Shown: piece after piece, positions 46,153-59,544 of the stretch | Numbering within the stretch: position 1 is the stretch's first letter | Layout: the number at the start of each line of letters is the position of its first letter | From: Eledone cirrhosa | Lineage: Eukaryota | Length of the DNA stretch: 64,000 nt | Direction: 5' to 3' | Assembly: GCA_964016885.1 (NCBI GenBank) | Contig: OZ024741.1 | Span: 32,736,001-32,800,000 of the forward strand | Position numbers and translations under genes: made by a program | Notes under the pieces: generated by a model | The model's input: only the letters and a program-made list of their open reading frames with translations | What the model was told of the DNA's origin: nothing | The model's database searches: none

Positions 46153-46644
46153 ATAATAAAGTGTTGTAGCTTGCTTGAAGCATTGTGGAATATGAGATAC
46201 AAATACATGTAGGAAACAAGTAGTTTGGAAGCCTGACAATGCGTGTTAGATATAAGTGACAAGGTAATAACAATTTGGAAAAATAGAGAAATAACAAAAG
46301 AACTGAGATAAAAGAGGGAGAACGATAGAAATTTACCTTAGAAATGTTAATGATCACAAATGTTTTCGGATTTACTATCTATTATCAAGGGCAGTCAATA
46401 TCGGGGACCTCAGACAGACACCTGAGAAATGTTGTGGGCGGCTGTTTATTTGAATTTCATTTGAATTAAATCTAACCACAACCACCACCACCACCACACA
46501 CAAATTATACAAATTGCATATGACGTATAATGAAATTAGAAAGGAAACACCATGTTGAAATTAAAGATTTCAGAGAGTCGAACACGCAAATAATTTATTT
46601 AGACTTGACGACGGAGACAATCATAATTAAAGATCATGTATAAT

Positions 46645-48385
46645 CTTATTTCCTCCTTTCCAGATCCACACTCAGATTAGGCGGTGTAAACGTACATAAT
46701 CTACTCCTTTCCAGGGCCACACTCAGATTAGGCGGTGTAAACAACCTTATTTTCCTCCTTTCCAGGGCCACACTCAGATTAGGCGGTGTAAACAACATTA
46801 CTTTCCTCCTTTCCAGGGCCACACTCAGATTAGGCAGTGTAAACAACCTTACTTTCCTCCTTTTCAGGGCCACACACAGATTAGGCGGTGTAAACAACGT
46901 TACTTTCTTCCTTTCCAGGGCCACACTCAGATTAGGCGGTGTAAACAACGTTACTTTCTTCCTTTCCAGGGCCACACTCAGATTAGGCGGTGTAAACAAC
47001 CTTTTTTTCCTCCTTTCCAGGGCCACACTCAGATTAGGCGGGATAAACAATCTTACTTTCCTCCTTTCCAGGGCCACACTCAGATTAGGCGGTGTAAACA
47101 ACGTTACTTTCCTCCTTTCCAGGGCCACACTCAGATTAGGCGGTGTAAACAATCTTACTTTCCTCCTTTCCAGGGCCACACTCAGATTAGGCGGTGTAAA
47201 CAATCTTACTTACCTCCTTTCAGGGCCACATTCAGATTAGGCAGTGTAAACAACCTTACTTTCCTCCTTTCCAGGGCCTCTCTCAGATTAGGCGGTGTAA
47301 ATAACCTTACTTTCCTCCTTTCCAGGGCCTCTCTCAGATTAGGCGGTGTAAACAACCTTACTTTCCTCCTTTCCAGGGCCTCTCTCAGATTAGGCGGTGT
47401 AAACAACCTTACTTTCCTCCTTTCCAGGTCCACACTCAGATTAGGCAGTGTAAACAACCTTACTTTCCTCCTTTCCAGGGCCTCTCTCAGATTAGGCGGT
47501 GTAAACAACCTTACTTTCCTCCTTTCCAGGGCCTCTCTCAGATTAGGCGGTGTAAACAACCTTACTTTCCTCCTTTCCAGGGCCACACTCAGATTAGGCG
47601 GGATAAACAATCTTACTTTCCTCCTTTCCAGGGCCACACTCAGATTAGGCGGTGTAAACAACCTTTTTTTCCTCCTTTCCAGGGCCTCTCTCAGATTAGG
47701 CGGTGTAAACAACCTTACTTTCCTCCTTTCCAGGGCCTCTCTCAGATTAGGCGGTGTAAACAACCTTACTTTCCTCCTTTCCAGGGCCACACTCAGATTA
47801 GGCGGGATAAACAATCTTACTTTCCTCCTTTCCAGGGCCACACTCAGATTAGGCGGTGTAAACAACCTTTTTTTCCTCCTTTCCAGGGCCTCTCTCAGAT
47901 TAGGCGGTGTAAACAACCTTACTTTCCTCCTTTCCAGGGCCTCTCTCAGATTAGGCGGTGTAAACAACCTTACTTTCCTCCTTTCCAGGGCCACACTCAG
48001 ATTAGGCGGGATAAACAATCTTACTTTCCTCCTTTCCAGGGCCACACTCAGATTAGGCGGTGTAAACAACCTTTTTTTCCTCCTTTCCAGGGCCTCTCTC
48101 AGATTAGGCGGTGTAAACAACCTTACTTTCCTCCTTTCCAGGGCCTCTCTCAGATTAGGCGGTGTAAACAACCTTACTTTCCTCCTTTCCAGGGCCACAC
48201 TCAGATTAGGCGGGATAAACAATCTTACTTTCCTCCTTTCCAGGGCCACACTCAGATTAGGCGGTGTAAACAATCTTACTTTCCTCCTTTCCAGGGCCAC
48301 ACTCAGATTAGGCGGTGTAAACAACCTTACTTTCCTCCTTTCCAGGGCCTCTCTCAGATTAGGCAGTGTAAACGTACATAATCTA
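46645..48385. repeat. 51-bp minisatellite, ~34 units, with 204-bp higher-order repeat
   Basis: Unit CTTACTTTCCTCCTTTCCAGGGCC(A/T)C(A/T)CTCAGATTAGGCGGTGTAAACAAC; GGGATAAAC variant recurs at ~47600, 47804, 48008, 48212. Confidence 0.95.
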
Positions 48386-48859
48386 AAGTAGATTTGGAAA
48401 CAGAGCCACCAGCTAAACGTCGTTAGATTACAGAATATATATGTGGTGGGCATTCACGAGACGAGACACTGAGACTCAAGCTTTCGGAGCCCTCTTAGGT
48501 CACATCAAGTTGTATATATGAAGGTTACAGCCATCGGAAGTTGAGATGACGTTTTGTACTTTTCTAAATTGAAGAGATATATTAAAGGGAAGCTTGTGTG
48601 GACTTATTGAGAGTGGAGAGGTAGATAGTGAGAATCTGCGTAGTAACATATACACACACACTGACACACACACATACATACATGAACATACACATACATA
48701 TATATATAAATATATGATGGTTGCCCCTTGTTATATATATACACACACATATACACATATACACATAAATGGATATATCCATACATTCATGCATACATAC
48801 ATGCATTCATTCATTCATACACACACATACATACATATACACATACATATACACACATT

Positions 48860-48910
<51 letters not shown>

Positions 48911-48984
48911 CACACGAACATACACACAGACATAAATATTCACATACATAAACACATACATACTTACATACACATAATATATAC

Positions 48985-49052
<68 letters not shown>

Positions 49053-49632
49053 GGTCAAGCATTCTTAGTTCATTAAGTGGCATCGTTTACTATCATAATT
49101 GGATTCTTAGTTTCGAGTAGCGTCTTATGTAATAGAGTATAAAAGACAGAGACAGCATCAAAGATGATATTAGTGAAGATTCAAAGATCAGCCGTTCGTT
49201 TTTCCTTATTTAAACTCTTCACTGACGGCATTATTCCAGCAGATCCTATCATGTTCTGGCTGTTTCTGGTCAATTGAACAACTAGACAAGATTAATACGG
49301 ACAAAGAGAAAAACATCTATATACAAATATCTACCTCTCTCTCGCCTTCTCACTCTCTCTGTCTCTCTCTATGTGCCAGTCTGTCTCTCTCCCCCTCTGT
49401 TTGTCTATCTCTCTCCTCCCTCTCTCTCTCTCTCACTCCCTCTCTCTCTCTAAGTTTGCGTGTGTGAATGTGTGTGTGCATCTGTATGTGTGAGTGTGTG
49501 GAAATATATGTGTGCGTGTGCATATATGGATATTTACCAAGATATTTATAAAACTTAGGTAGGTATGGTGAAATGTATGTATCTACATACGTATATAGAT
49601 AGTTAGATAGATAGATAGATAGATATGTAGAT

Positions 49633-49671
<39 letters not shown>

Positions 49672-49673
<2 letters not shown>

Positions 49674-50605
49674 TCTTTCTTTGTTTGCCACAAGGGTGTA
49701 CAAGAAATGGGACATTACAAGATGTGACGGCGGGATTTTTACATGAAATCGTGTAAAGTTTAACATTTCTAAATTAGAATAAACTATATATTAAAATAAG
49801 ATAACAATCGTAATCCCCAATAGGGGGAACCGTTACTGCAGGGTTGTTTTACACCCCGTGGATAGAAGAACCCTCAACATCAGAAGCACGTCATGAAGGT
49901 GTTCCCGTCTTCCCTCTTTTTGTCTTCCTCAACCTACATATGCGCCACATTCACCCACCTTTCAGCGAATTTACTGGGGTTTAGCACCTCTCTCTCCACT
50001 CTCACCTTCCTTCTGAAGTGCTATTTAAAGAAGGGGTTGAGTTGTTGTCCGGAGAGAACGGTGTTTGCCCTCAATCCTCTTAACCTCGTCCACCATATTA
50101 CCACTTTCACCATAGCCACCAAACAGAGGAAGACTGCCTCTCCGTCATTCTTAAATGAAGGCGGTGGGATGATCTTCACGATGGTCTTGGCTGACAACTG
50201 GATGGGTCCCACATGCGACAATAGCTGTTCGACATAATTCCACAGGTCGGTCGCCTATGGGCACTGAACAATTGCATGCAGAATGGTTTCGATGTCCTGC
50301 TCGCATCTTGGACATGTCCTTTTGGCAGGATCTCTGTCAGGGTGCCCGTGCCTGTAGATTTTGTCTCGAACTGGTAGAGTTGCTCGGTAACACTGTCAGG
50401 TCAGAGACCTCTGGAAGTTATCCATAAGCCCTGGATGAAAGGTCTTCCCGAAAAGACTGGCCAGTTGGTCCTCTTCGATGCCAACAGTTTCCCCGAGAAC
50501 GTCGTCGCACTTATCATCCACTAATCCCCTATAGAATGTCGACGTGGAGTCTCCACTGATTGCCGTGTCCGCTTGGTAGAGGGCTGTGAGCGCCTCTTGG
50601 CACTC
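49672..50605 (-). mobile_element. Tx1/L1-clade LINE 3' fragment
   Basis: TCPRCEQDIETILHAIVQCP (CCHC), LWNYVEQLL; tail runs into (TC)n/(TCTA)n. Confidence 0.75.
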
Positions 50606-50629
50606 TATATCTATATATATATATAGATA

Positions 50630-51045
50630 TAAAATAAAATAAGTAAGTCAAATATTTAAAATTTGGCTTCGTTTGTTACTGCTATATATAATATTTCGGT
50701 GACAGCTATCTTTGGCTGTGACCGAATAATTCCAGTTACTCAGAGAAATAACAACCCAACCAGGAACTGGGCATATCGGAGTATTGACGGAGTATTGACG
50801 GAGTTAAACACCTCAACAACATGTGTACCCGTCTCTACCACACCAATTCGGACTGCCTGAAGAGGTCACACACAAAGATGGCTGTCACCGAAATATATAT
50901 AGCAGTAATAAACGAAGCCAAATTTAAAATATTTGACTTATTTATTTTATTTTACATTACTCCGGAGTAACCAAACCAACCTGCGCACTTCGTCGAGTGC
51001 TCCAATGTGCATACTGTGGTGTCGGTAAACAACCAACATATACTC
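50630..51045 (+). mobile_element. PLE pLTR with inverted 5' arm; hammerhead at 50852-50906
   Basis: actgc CTGAAGA ggtcac..gtcacc GAAA tatata TA gcagt; 50630-50722 is the reverse complement of 50864-50953. Confidence 0.82.
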
Positions 51046-51204
51046 AAAATTTATATATAAATATATATATATATATAAATACTGCCATTATAAAATATAT
51101 ATATAGAGAGAGAGAGAGAGAGAAAGAGAAAGAAAGAGAGAGAGATAGATAGGAATAAAGCGAGAGAGAAAAATAGAGATATATAGTCATATAGATAAAT
51201 AGAT

Positions 51205-51876
51205 AGATAACTTTCTTTTTATTTGCCACCAGGGCAAAGAGTGGGACAAGTACAATGGTGGAGTTTACATAAAAAGGCGTCTTCACTAAGGAGGCGGCAA
51301 TAACAAAATATAAAAATATAAGAAATAAATTATAATAACAATGAATTGAATAACAAAATCCTCAATAGGGAGGATGCGCCTTGGGGGTCGCACACACCCC
51401 CGAAAAAGTGTGCAACCCTTCTCCTCAGGAGCACAGAGAGAGGATGCTCCCTTGATCTTTCATCTTTCTCACCTACAGTCTGATATAGAGTGAAGGCCCA
51501 TTCACACAGGCCATTCTCGCCACTTTCACCCATCTTTCATAAAAACGGCTGGGGTGCAGCACCTCTCTCTCTCCATCCTGATCCTTCTTCCAAAATGATA
51601 TCGGAAGAAACGGACCAGTTGGTGGTCAGAGAGAAAGGTGTCTGACCTCAGTCCTTTCAGACGCGTCCACCATACAACCTCTTTCGCCATGGCTATTACG
51701 CACAGAAACACCGCCTCTCCTTCGTTTTTGAAGAGGGGAGGCGGCTTGATCGTTATAATAGGCTCGGTGGTCAACTGGATCGGTCCCACCCGTGACAGCA
51801 GTCGTTCAACATAGCCCCACAGATCGGCAATGCCCGAGTAGTGTACCAATGCGTATGCAACGGTTTCCTCGTCGCA
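51205..51876 (-). mobile_element. Second Tx1/L1-like 3' fragment
   Basis: DEETVAYALVH..LWGYVERLLSRVGPIQL, homologous to 50021-50290; tail into (TCTA)n. Confidence 0.75.
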
Positions 51877-52082
51877 TAGATATATAGATTAATAGATAGA
51901 TCATTGCATGTGAAAAATGTAAAATAAACTACATGTTGCGGAACCAGATTTTTTTACTGGGATTAATATATACATGTATGTATCTTTTTTATGTATGTAT
52001 GCATGTATATGTTTGTATATATGTATGTGTGTATGTATCTGGGTCTGGGTGCAAGCGTGTGTTATGTATATATGTGTATATA

Positions 52083-52171
<89 letters not shown>

Positions 52172-52173
<2 letters not shown>

Positions 52174-53520
52174 GTATGGAGACATACTTCCACATCAAAA
52201 GTGACATAGACCGCCTTTACTTGAAACGAAAGCAGGGAGGCAGAAGCCTAACATCAGTCCAGACAACATTTGAATGTCGCATCCTATCTTTCCGACATCT
52301 ACGAACCTCGAAGCGTAGGAGCCCGTTTCTCGAGCAGGTCTATCTGCATGAAACAGATAAGATCATGAGAGTTGGGAAGGAACTGCTCGAGAGATATTCC
52401 CTGTGTGATAATCAAAAACTCACACCCATGGATGTCGCTCAGCAGTATCGCAGTGAATCCATGGATGAAAGACTGCATGACTATCAGCAAAAAGTCATGC
52501 ATGGATATGTTGCCAGGAAGCTCCACAATGATAGTAATGTAGATAAGGAAAGTAGTCTATCTTACTCCAACAACCGCTATATTGGTTCCCACTTTGAGGG
52601 ATACGCGTTTGCAATCCAAGAACAGGAGATTAACACGAAATACCTGATTCACAAAAGAGATAGGGATGCAGGCAAAACACCTAGATGTGATAACAAGCGC
52701 AGACTCTGCAGAACTAACATCGAGGATATCACCCATCTCATCAGCAGCTGTCCACAGATGTCATCGCGGTACTATTTTCCTAAGGGGCATAAAGTAGTGG
52801 CCAAAACACTGTACAATGCAGTTCGTAAAAAAGATAGCCCCGATAATAAACACATTAAAAGCTACAGCAATGTGGAAGACATCCATGTAAGTAATATGAA
52901 AGAGTACTGGTGGAATGTTCCAGTAAAAGCCCCAATAAAATGCAGGCATAACAGACCAGATATTATGTTATGGGTCAGGGAGAAGAAAGCATGCACAGTA
53001 GTGGAAATTAGCTGCCCAGTAGATGCCAATATAATATCAAAGATTAGCAAAAAGGAGAATATTTATGCAGATCTGATGAGAAATCTGCAGATACTCCACC
53101 CTGATTACACCTTCAGATTTATGCCTGTGATTATAGGGGCACTGGGGTATGTTAGTAACTGCCTCAATACAAATCTTGAGAAGCTAGGCTTCACAGGAAC
53201 AGAGAGAACACAACTAGTTAGGAAATTATAAGTACAATCCATTAATGGAACAGTAAAAATATGTAAAACATTCCAAAAATGTTGCATCTAATAACTGCAA
53301 ATATACACATGTACAGATGCAAAGCATATACACATTCACACATACAACTCAAAACATCCACATCCACACATACAATAACATCCATATCTAGACATGCATG
53401 CTTACATATCTACCTAGTTGATGTTGTGTAAATTCCAATGAGAGAGTCTTGTGTCTATGATAGAAACTGACTCTCTCTCTATTGTGAAAACTGTGTGAAA
53501 TTATAAAACAGAAGAACATA
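52172..53520 (+). mobile_element. 5'-truncated R4/Dong-like LINE (thumb, CCHC, RLE, 3'UTR)
   Basis: [47 protein letters not shown]; N-terminal part of the listed ORF is microsatellite. Confidence 0.9.
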
Positions 53521-53813
53521 CATACATATGTATATATACATAAATCTATAAAATGAACTAATATAAGTGTCCTAGTATGTATTATATATATATATATATA
53601 TACTTCCAGATCACTTCCACTTAGTTAAATCCGTAGATAAGTTTCCCAGTATTCTCCAATAAAATGGTCACAGTTGATTATATCTAATAGGATACACAAT
53701 CTATTCTACACAAGATGGACGCCAGCAGACAAGCTAATCGAAATGAAACACATCGCCAAATGAAGGGAATAAAATGTATATAGCTGAAAAGTTTACGTAT
53801 GTCTGTCTCTGCA

Positions 53814-53873
<60 letters not shown>

Positions 53874-53951
53874 ACAGAGAGAAAAAGACGATTATTAGGA
53901 AGAAAAATATATTTTTTTCCCTTTTTATTTCTTTCTCTCTTTTTTTCTGGG

Positions 53952-54008
<57 letters not shown>

Positions 54009-54011
54009 AAG

Positions 54012-54300
54012 AAGAAATTAAAAGATGGTTAAAAAAGTTCCATATATTTTATTATGCGCATTTCAAAAACATATATCATCCTGCAACGATAGTTGCGTTC
54101 TCATCAGATAAAATAAGATAACATGATATGATGCCTAAAAAACACTTGTGAACACTTCCCTGTTCACAAGTGATTTTTAGGCATCATATCATGTTATCTT
54201 ATTTTATCTGATGAGAACGCAACTATCGTCCTAGGATAATATTTATTTTTGAAATGCGCATAATAAAATATATGGAACTTTTTTAACCATCTTTTAATTT

Positions 54301-54304
<4 letters not shown>
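54012..54304. mobile_element. ~290-bp palindrome of two head-to-head PLE pLTRs, each with a hammerhead (54045-54115 -, 54200-54270 +)
   Basis: tattttat CTGATGA ... GAAA TGCGCA TA ataaaata, perfect 8-bp stem I on both arms; flanked by (TA)n. Confidence 0.85.
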
Positions 54305-54379
<75 letters not shown>

Positions 54380-54409
54380 TACACAGGTGTGTATGATTGT
54401 GTATAGAAG

Positions 54410-54620
54410 ATTATATTAATGAAAGGAATTTAAACATTGTCTGATTTACTCATTTTATTTACTATCCTTTAAAATTATAATGATATTATAGTGGAATAGT
54501 ATGGTAGAATATTAAATGTTAATTGAACAAGTACTTTCATGCTTTCTCAATCTTCAGGTTTCTGTTCAGTTGTTCCAGTAAACTTGGCAATTTTCACAGT
54601 TGAAATTCCTTTTATTAAAA
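54410..54620 (-). mobile_element. Short PLE pLTR, family of 18785-18980
   Basis: High similarity to 18790-18980; short inverted ends AAAGGAATTT..AAATTCCTTT. Confidence 0.75.
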
Positions 54621-54634
54621 TATATATATATATA

Positions 54635-56546
54635 TTTCGTTATTGAATTTGTTTAGCTAAATTCTTTATCTGAAAACGTGTGTTGAGACCGATATTTTTA
54701 TACTTTGGGAGAGTCATGTTGCCAATAAGAAACACACGCACCAATTGCTTTCACTCCAATTTATTATAAATTAAATTCATAAATTTAAGAATTTATAAAT
54801 TTCCCATTGGTTGGTTCCACAACCGGACGGTTGTTCATATATTGTCAAAGTTCTTTCGTCACACATTCTGTGACCTCTTCAGTGACTGAGGATTACTTTC
54901 TTTGTTTTGTGCCTCTCCTTTGTTCTGTCCTACGCCATCTTATTTTTGCGTGTGTTGTGTGGTTAGTTTGTGCATGTGTTACATCCGGGTGTCTGTGTGT
55001 GTTCTTATTTGTTTATTTAATTGTTTATTTACATGTTACTGGTTGGTTGTTTGTTCTATGTGTGTGTCTGTTTTCATTTTGTCCTTAATTGTAAGTTGTG
55101 ATGTTGCTATTCCATTCATGTTTTCTATTTAATATTGGTTGGAGTTCATTTATCTTCATTGCCTCTGTGATTTGTCTAAACATTGCGTCTTTTCTGTGTA
55201 GCTTCTATTTTTATTTCTATGTTCTCTAATTTGCCCTTATGTTCTATTTTAGCATATTGATGATTATTTTTTATCTTGAAGCTCTCGCCTGTGTTCTTTT
55301 AACCGTTCTATTATACTACGAGCTGTCTCACCTATGTACATTCTTTTTCTTATCTTTACAATGTCCTTCAGTACATGCTATGCTACATTTCTAGTTTTAC
55401 AGTTAATATGGGGGCTTAGTTTACAGATTATGCATTTCTTACCTATACAGGGACGTCTTTGAAAAGCGTATGTATTGCTAATAAGTGTTTTTATGGAGGT
55501 ACCTGGTCTTTCTACTATCTTACAATTAAGTTTAAGTTTATCTAGGACCCTTCTAAATTTGTAAGCTAATTCACCTCTAGGGGTTGTGTTGATGAACATT
55601 ACACTCTGGTATTTATTGTTATCATACCATGAGTTTATTCTATTAAACTTATTCCTAGTTCTTTCTATTCTATTCCAAAATTTGCTCCTGTACAAGGGGC
55701 AGGTCCCATTTGTATCATTATTTACCATTTTTTCCCATTTGGTTCTGGCTCCTCTATATAGAGCAATAATACCCTTTTCAAAGACCTTTTCATGAGAAAT
55801 GCATAATCTGTAAACTAAGCCCCCATATTAACTGTAAAACTAGAAATGTAGTATATAGCATAACATGTACTGAAGGACAATGTAAAGATAAGAATATAGA
55901 GTACACAGGTGAGACAGCTCGTAGTATAGTTGAACGGTTAAATGAACACTGGCGAGAGCTTCCAGATAAAAAAGAATCATCAATACTCCACCAACATGCT
56001 AAAATAGAACATAAGGGCAAATTAGAGAACATAGAAATAAAACTAGAATCTACACACAGAAAAGACGCAATGTTTAGACAATTCACAGAGGCAATAAACA
56101 TAAAGGAACTCCAACCAAAATTAAATAGAAAACATTAGTGGAATAGCAACATCACAACTTACAATCAAGGATAACATGAAAACACACACATATAACAAAC
56201 AACCAACCAGTAACATGTAAGTAAACAAATAAATAAACAAATAAAAACACACACAGACACCCGGTTGTAACACATGCGCAAACTAACCACACAACACACG
56301 CAAAAACAAGATAGCGTAGGACAGAACAAAGGAGAGGCACAAAAACAAAGAAAAGAATCCACAGTCACTGAAGAGGTCACATAATGTGTGACGAAAGAAC
56401 TTTGACAATATATGAACAACCGTCCGGTTATGGAACCAACCAACCGGAAATTTATAAATTTATAAATTTAATTTATAATAAATTGGAGTGAAAGCAACTG
56501 GAGGGTGTGTTTCTTATTGGCAACATCACCCTCCCAAAGTATAACA

Positions 56547-56550
<4 letters not shown>
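54635..56550. mobile_element. Palindromic Penelope-like element (two head-to-head GIY-YIG + pLTR arms)
   Basis: Right arm CIICK..CKTRNVVYSITC..EYTGETARSIVERLNEH; 54695-55440 is the reverse complement of 55795-56548; hammerheads at 54844-54886 (-) and 56364-56406 (+). Confidence 0.9.
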
Positions 56551-56591
<41 letters not shown>

Positions 56592-57039
56592 TACTTGGGG
56601 AGGGACATATGGTTGTAATAATATTGCCAGAATTAATAACAGAACACACTCAATGTTTCGTTGGTTTTCGCTTCTGTATCTTTTATATCAGTTAATTTAT
56701 TTGGTCCTCAATGTTTACCATTGACTGACCAACGGTCAAAAATACAGATATATTGACACAAACACATATATATAGTCTAACAAAATTCTTTCGTTGCACA
56801 TCTGCAATATATATAGCATGTTTAGTGCGTATATTGATATTATACGCAAGTATATATACATGTAGATATGATACAATAATATCGTAATTGACAATATACA
56901 CAGACATTGAAAGAAGACTGTGTTACATTGTCATTATGTAATCAGTAACGTAATCCATGATACATTAAAAAAAAGACGATATTATATATAAACTGCATGA
57001 GGAGAAAATTACTGACAGTAAATTAGTATGTTTATTTAA

Positions 57040-57259
57040 CCCTTTAGCATTCACATTATTTTATATATACTATTGTATTTTCATGGTAAAGGCTTTACCT
57101 CACATAATTATCTCACATAATATCGAATCTATGAGATTTTGAAAGTATTTATTTTGAGAACAATACCTTAACATCAGTTTGAGTGACCAATTACAGCCAG
57201 TTTCAACAGAAAGAGGTAGAGAGTTCTGGCCGGTTTTGGCCAGTTTGAACACTAAAGGG
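57040..57259. mobile_element. piggyBac-type MITE
   Basis: TTAA target duplication (57036-39, 57260-63); 14-bp TIRs CCCTTTAG(CA/TG)TTCA. Confidence 0.8.
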
Positions 57260-58193
57260 TTAAGCGATCGCCACCGGAACCGTTGACATCACACACTCTC
57301 TCTTTCTATATATATATGGTATTTGAAGTGGTGGTGGTGGCAACGATTATACCGGAAGTGCAACTTTGAAAAGATGTCAATTTTAATTATTTATTTTTAC
57401 GAAATTTAGTAGATAAATTGTGTAATATTCATTCATTATTTATTGAAAGTAATCCAACTTATTTTACAAACGGGATAAACAAAAATAAACCGTACGCAGT
57501 CCGGCAGACCTTCCTTTATTATAGTTTAGATTGGGTGTAATTATCTCAATATCTTTAGAGAACTATATGTGAGGTTAATTGTATCAAGTTGTAACCATTT
57601 TAGAATTTACGAGTTTGGGGATTTAGAAATAGGAAAATGAATAGTCTGTATAATGTTACTTTCTTCAGTTTTGTGGGTGTGGGTGTGTGTGTGTGTGGGG
57701 GGGGGGGGGGAATAGATTGTTATGATTTGTACACCTTGCAGATGCTAGAAATTTGTGAGAAATATAAGGTTATAGATGTTGGTGGGTGCAAACCTTCCTT
57801 CTGGCTCTACTTGCTTTACATGCATGTTTCTGAATGTATATGGTATGAAAGCGTTTCATTTTTTAATGATTTCAGATAGAATTTTAGGTGTCAGATGAAA
57901 GGAAGTAATGCAATTGTAGCTAAAATATAGATATTTTTCATTTCTGTTCTTCAACTTCGAGAGGTGTTTGATAATAATGGTTGTTTCATGTTACAGCGTG
58001 GATATATTACATGGGATTGTTATTGAGACTTTGGATGTAGTGTGACGGTTCTTCAGAGTGCTAATTACTCCGTATTGTGTTTCGCTCTTTCTATTGTGGT
58101 TATGTTCGATACAAATATTTGCCACTTTTCTATTTTAGTCTTTGTGTCTTGTTTTTTTTAAATTTCTTTATTTGTTTCAGCACTGAGATATCC

Positions 58194-58264
<71 letters not shown>

Positions 58265-58434
58265 ATGTGTGTGTGTGTGGGGGGGGGTGATGTTGGCGTG
58301 CTGCGTTTGTAAATTTTATGTACTGCGACTCTGGTTTTTATGAGGGGTCCGATTTCTGGTGTGTAATTAATTGTGCAGTATATTCTCCATGATTTAGTCA
58401 TTTATATATATATATATATATATACATACATATG

Positions 58435-58571
<137 letters not shown>

Positions 58572-58645
58572 GTATGTGGTTGACGGCTGAGAGAAAGGAG
58601 TGCTCAATACCGATGCAGAATTTTAATATACATTTTATTGAGGCA

Positions 58646-58722
58646 GAATAGTGAGTCTTATTACTGGTCTGATGATTCTGAGATAAATAGGCGAAACACC
58701 AGAGTAACAAGACTCGCTATTC
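58646..58722 (+). other. Hairpin with hammerhead core lacking stem III and cleavage site
   Basis: GAATAGTGAGTCTTATTACTGGT CTGATGA...GAAAC ACCAGAGTAACAAGACTCGCTATTC. Confidence 0.5.
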
Positions 58723-58778
58723 AACCTATATATGTATCGTATAGTTACACAGATAACTAACTCACACACCCACACACA

Positions 58779-58823
<45 letters not shown>

Positions 58824-58837
58824 ACACACACACATAC

Positions 58838-58894
<57 letters not shown>

Positions 58895-59026
58895 AGAAAA
58901 TGTTCAAGACCCCGACGGCAGAGCTCAAGGCGTATCGACGGCTATTTCTGGACTCACTCTACTACACAAAGTATCGAGTACACTGGTGCGTTATGGTCCA
59001 CCTGGTTCCTTACTACACTTCCTTCG

Positions 59027-59073
<47 letters not shown>

Positions 59074-59544
59074 TATTGAAGTTTCCGTTGAAAATTGAAA
59101 AAGTCATAGTAGTGAAGAGTGCTCTATGTAAGTACCAGAACTAAATTAAATGTTTAATAAACAATGCAATATAATTACCTCATTACCAGACGTTTCTCGA
59201 ATAAAACGAATACGAAAAACGTCCTCATTCATTCATCGGAAAAGGCAATTTAAAACATAGTGAAATATTTGAAAAATTTCCTCAAGAAAGGCAAGAGTTT
59301 AACGGGCAAAAAAGATATATAAATAAAAGTAATGCAAGAGATATATAAAAAAATAAGGAAATATAGTTAGGGTATGTGTATATGTATGTATATTCACTCA
59401 TAAATGTACATATGTGTGTATGTACAAATGCATGTGTATGGTGAAAATGTGTGCGTAAGTACATATATGAGGGCACGTATATTAGTGTATGTGTGACCAC
59501 AAATACGTATATAATCGGAGTTGAAAAAGAATTGTAAGATAATA

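Noticed and set aside
46645-48385. CRISPR-like array, spliced-leader array or miR-30-like cluster
   Set aside because: No unique spacers, no cas genes, eukaryotic context; no Sm site; TGTAAACA match is short and no pre-miRNA hairpin is evident
47206-48453. 415-aa repeat protein
   Set aside because: Openness follows from a stop-free 51-bp unit; non-ATG start call and an internal frameshift; not listed as CDS
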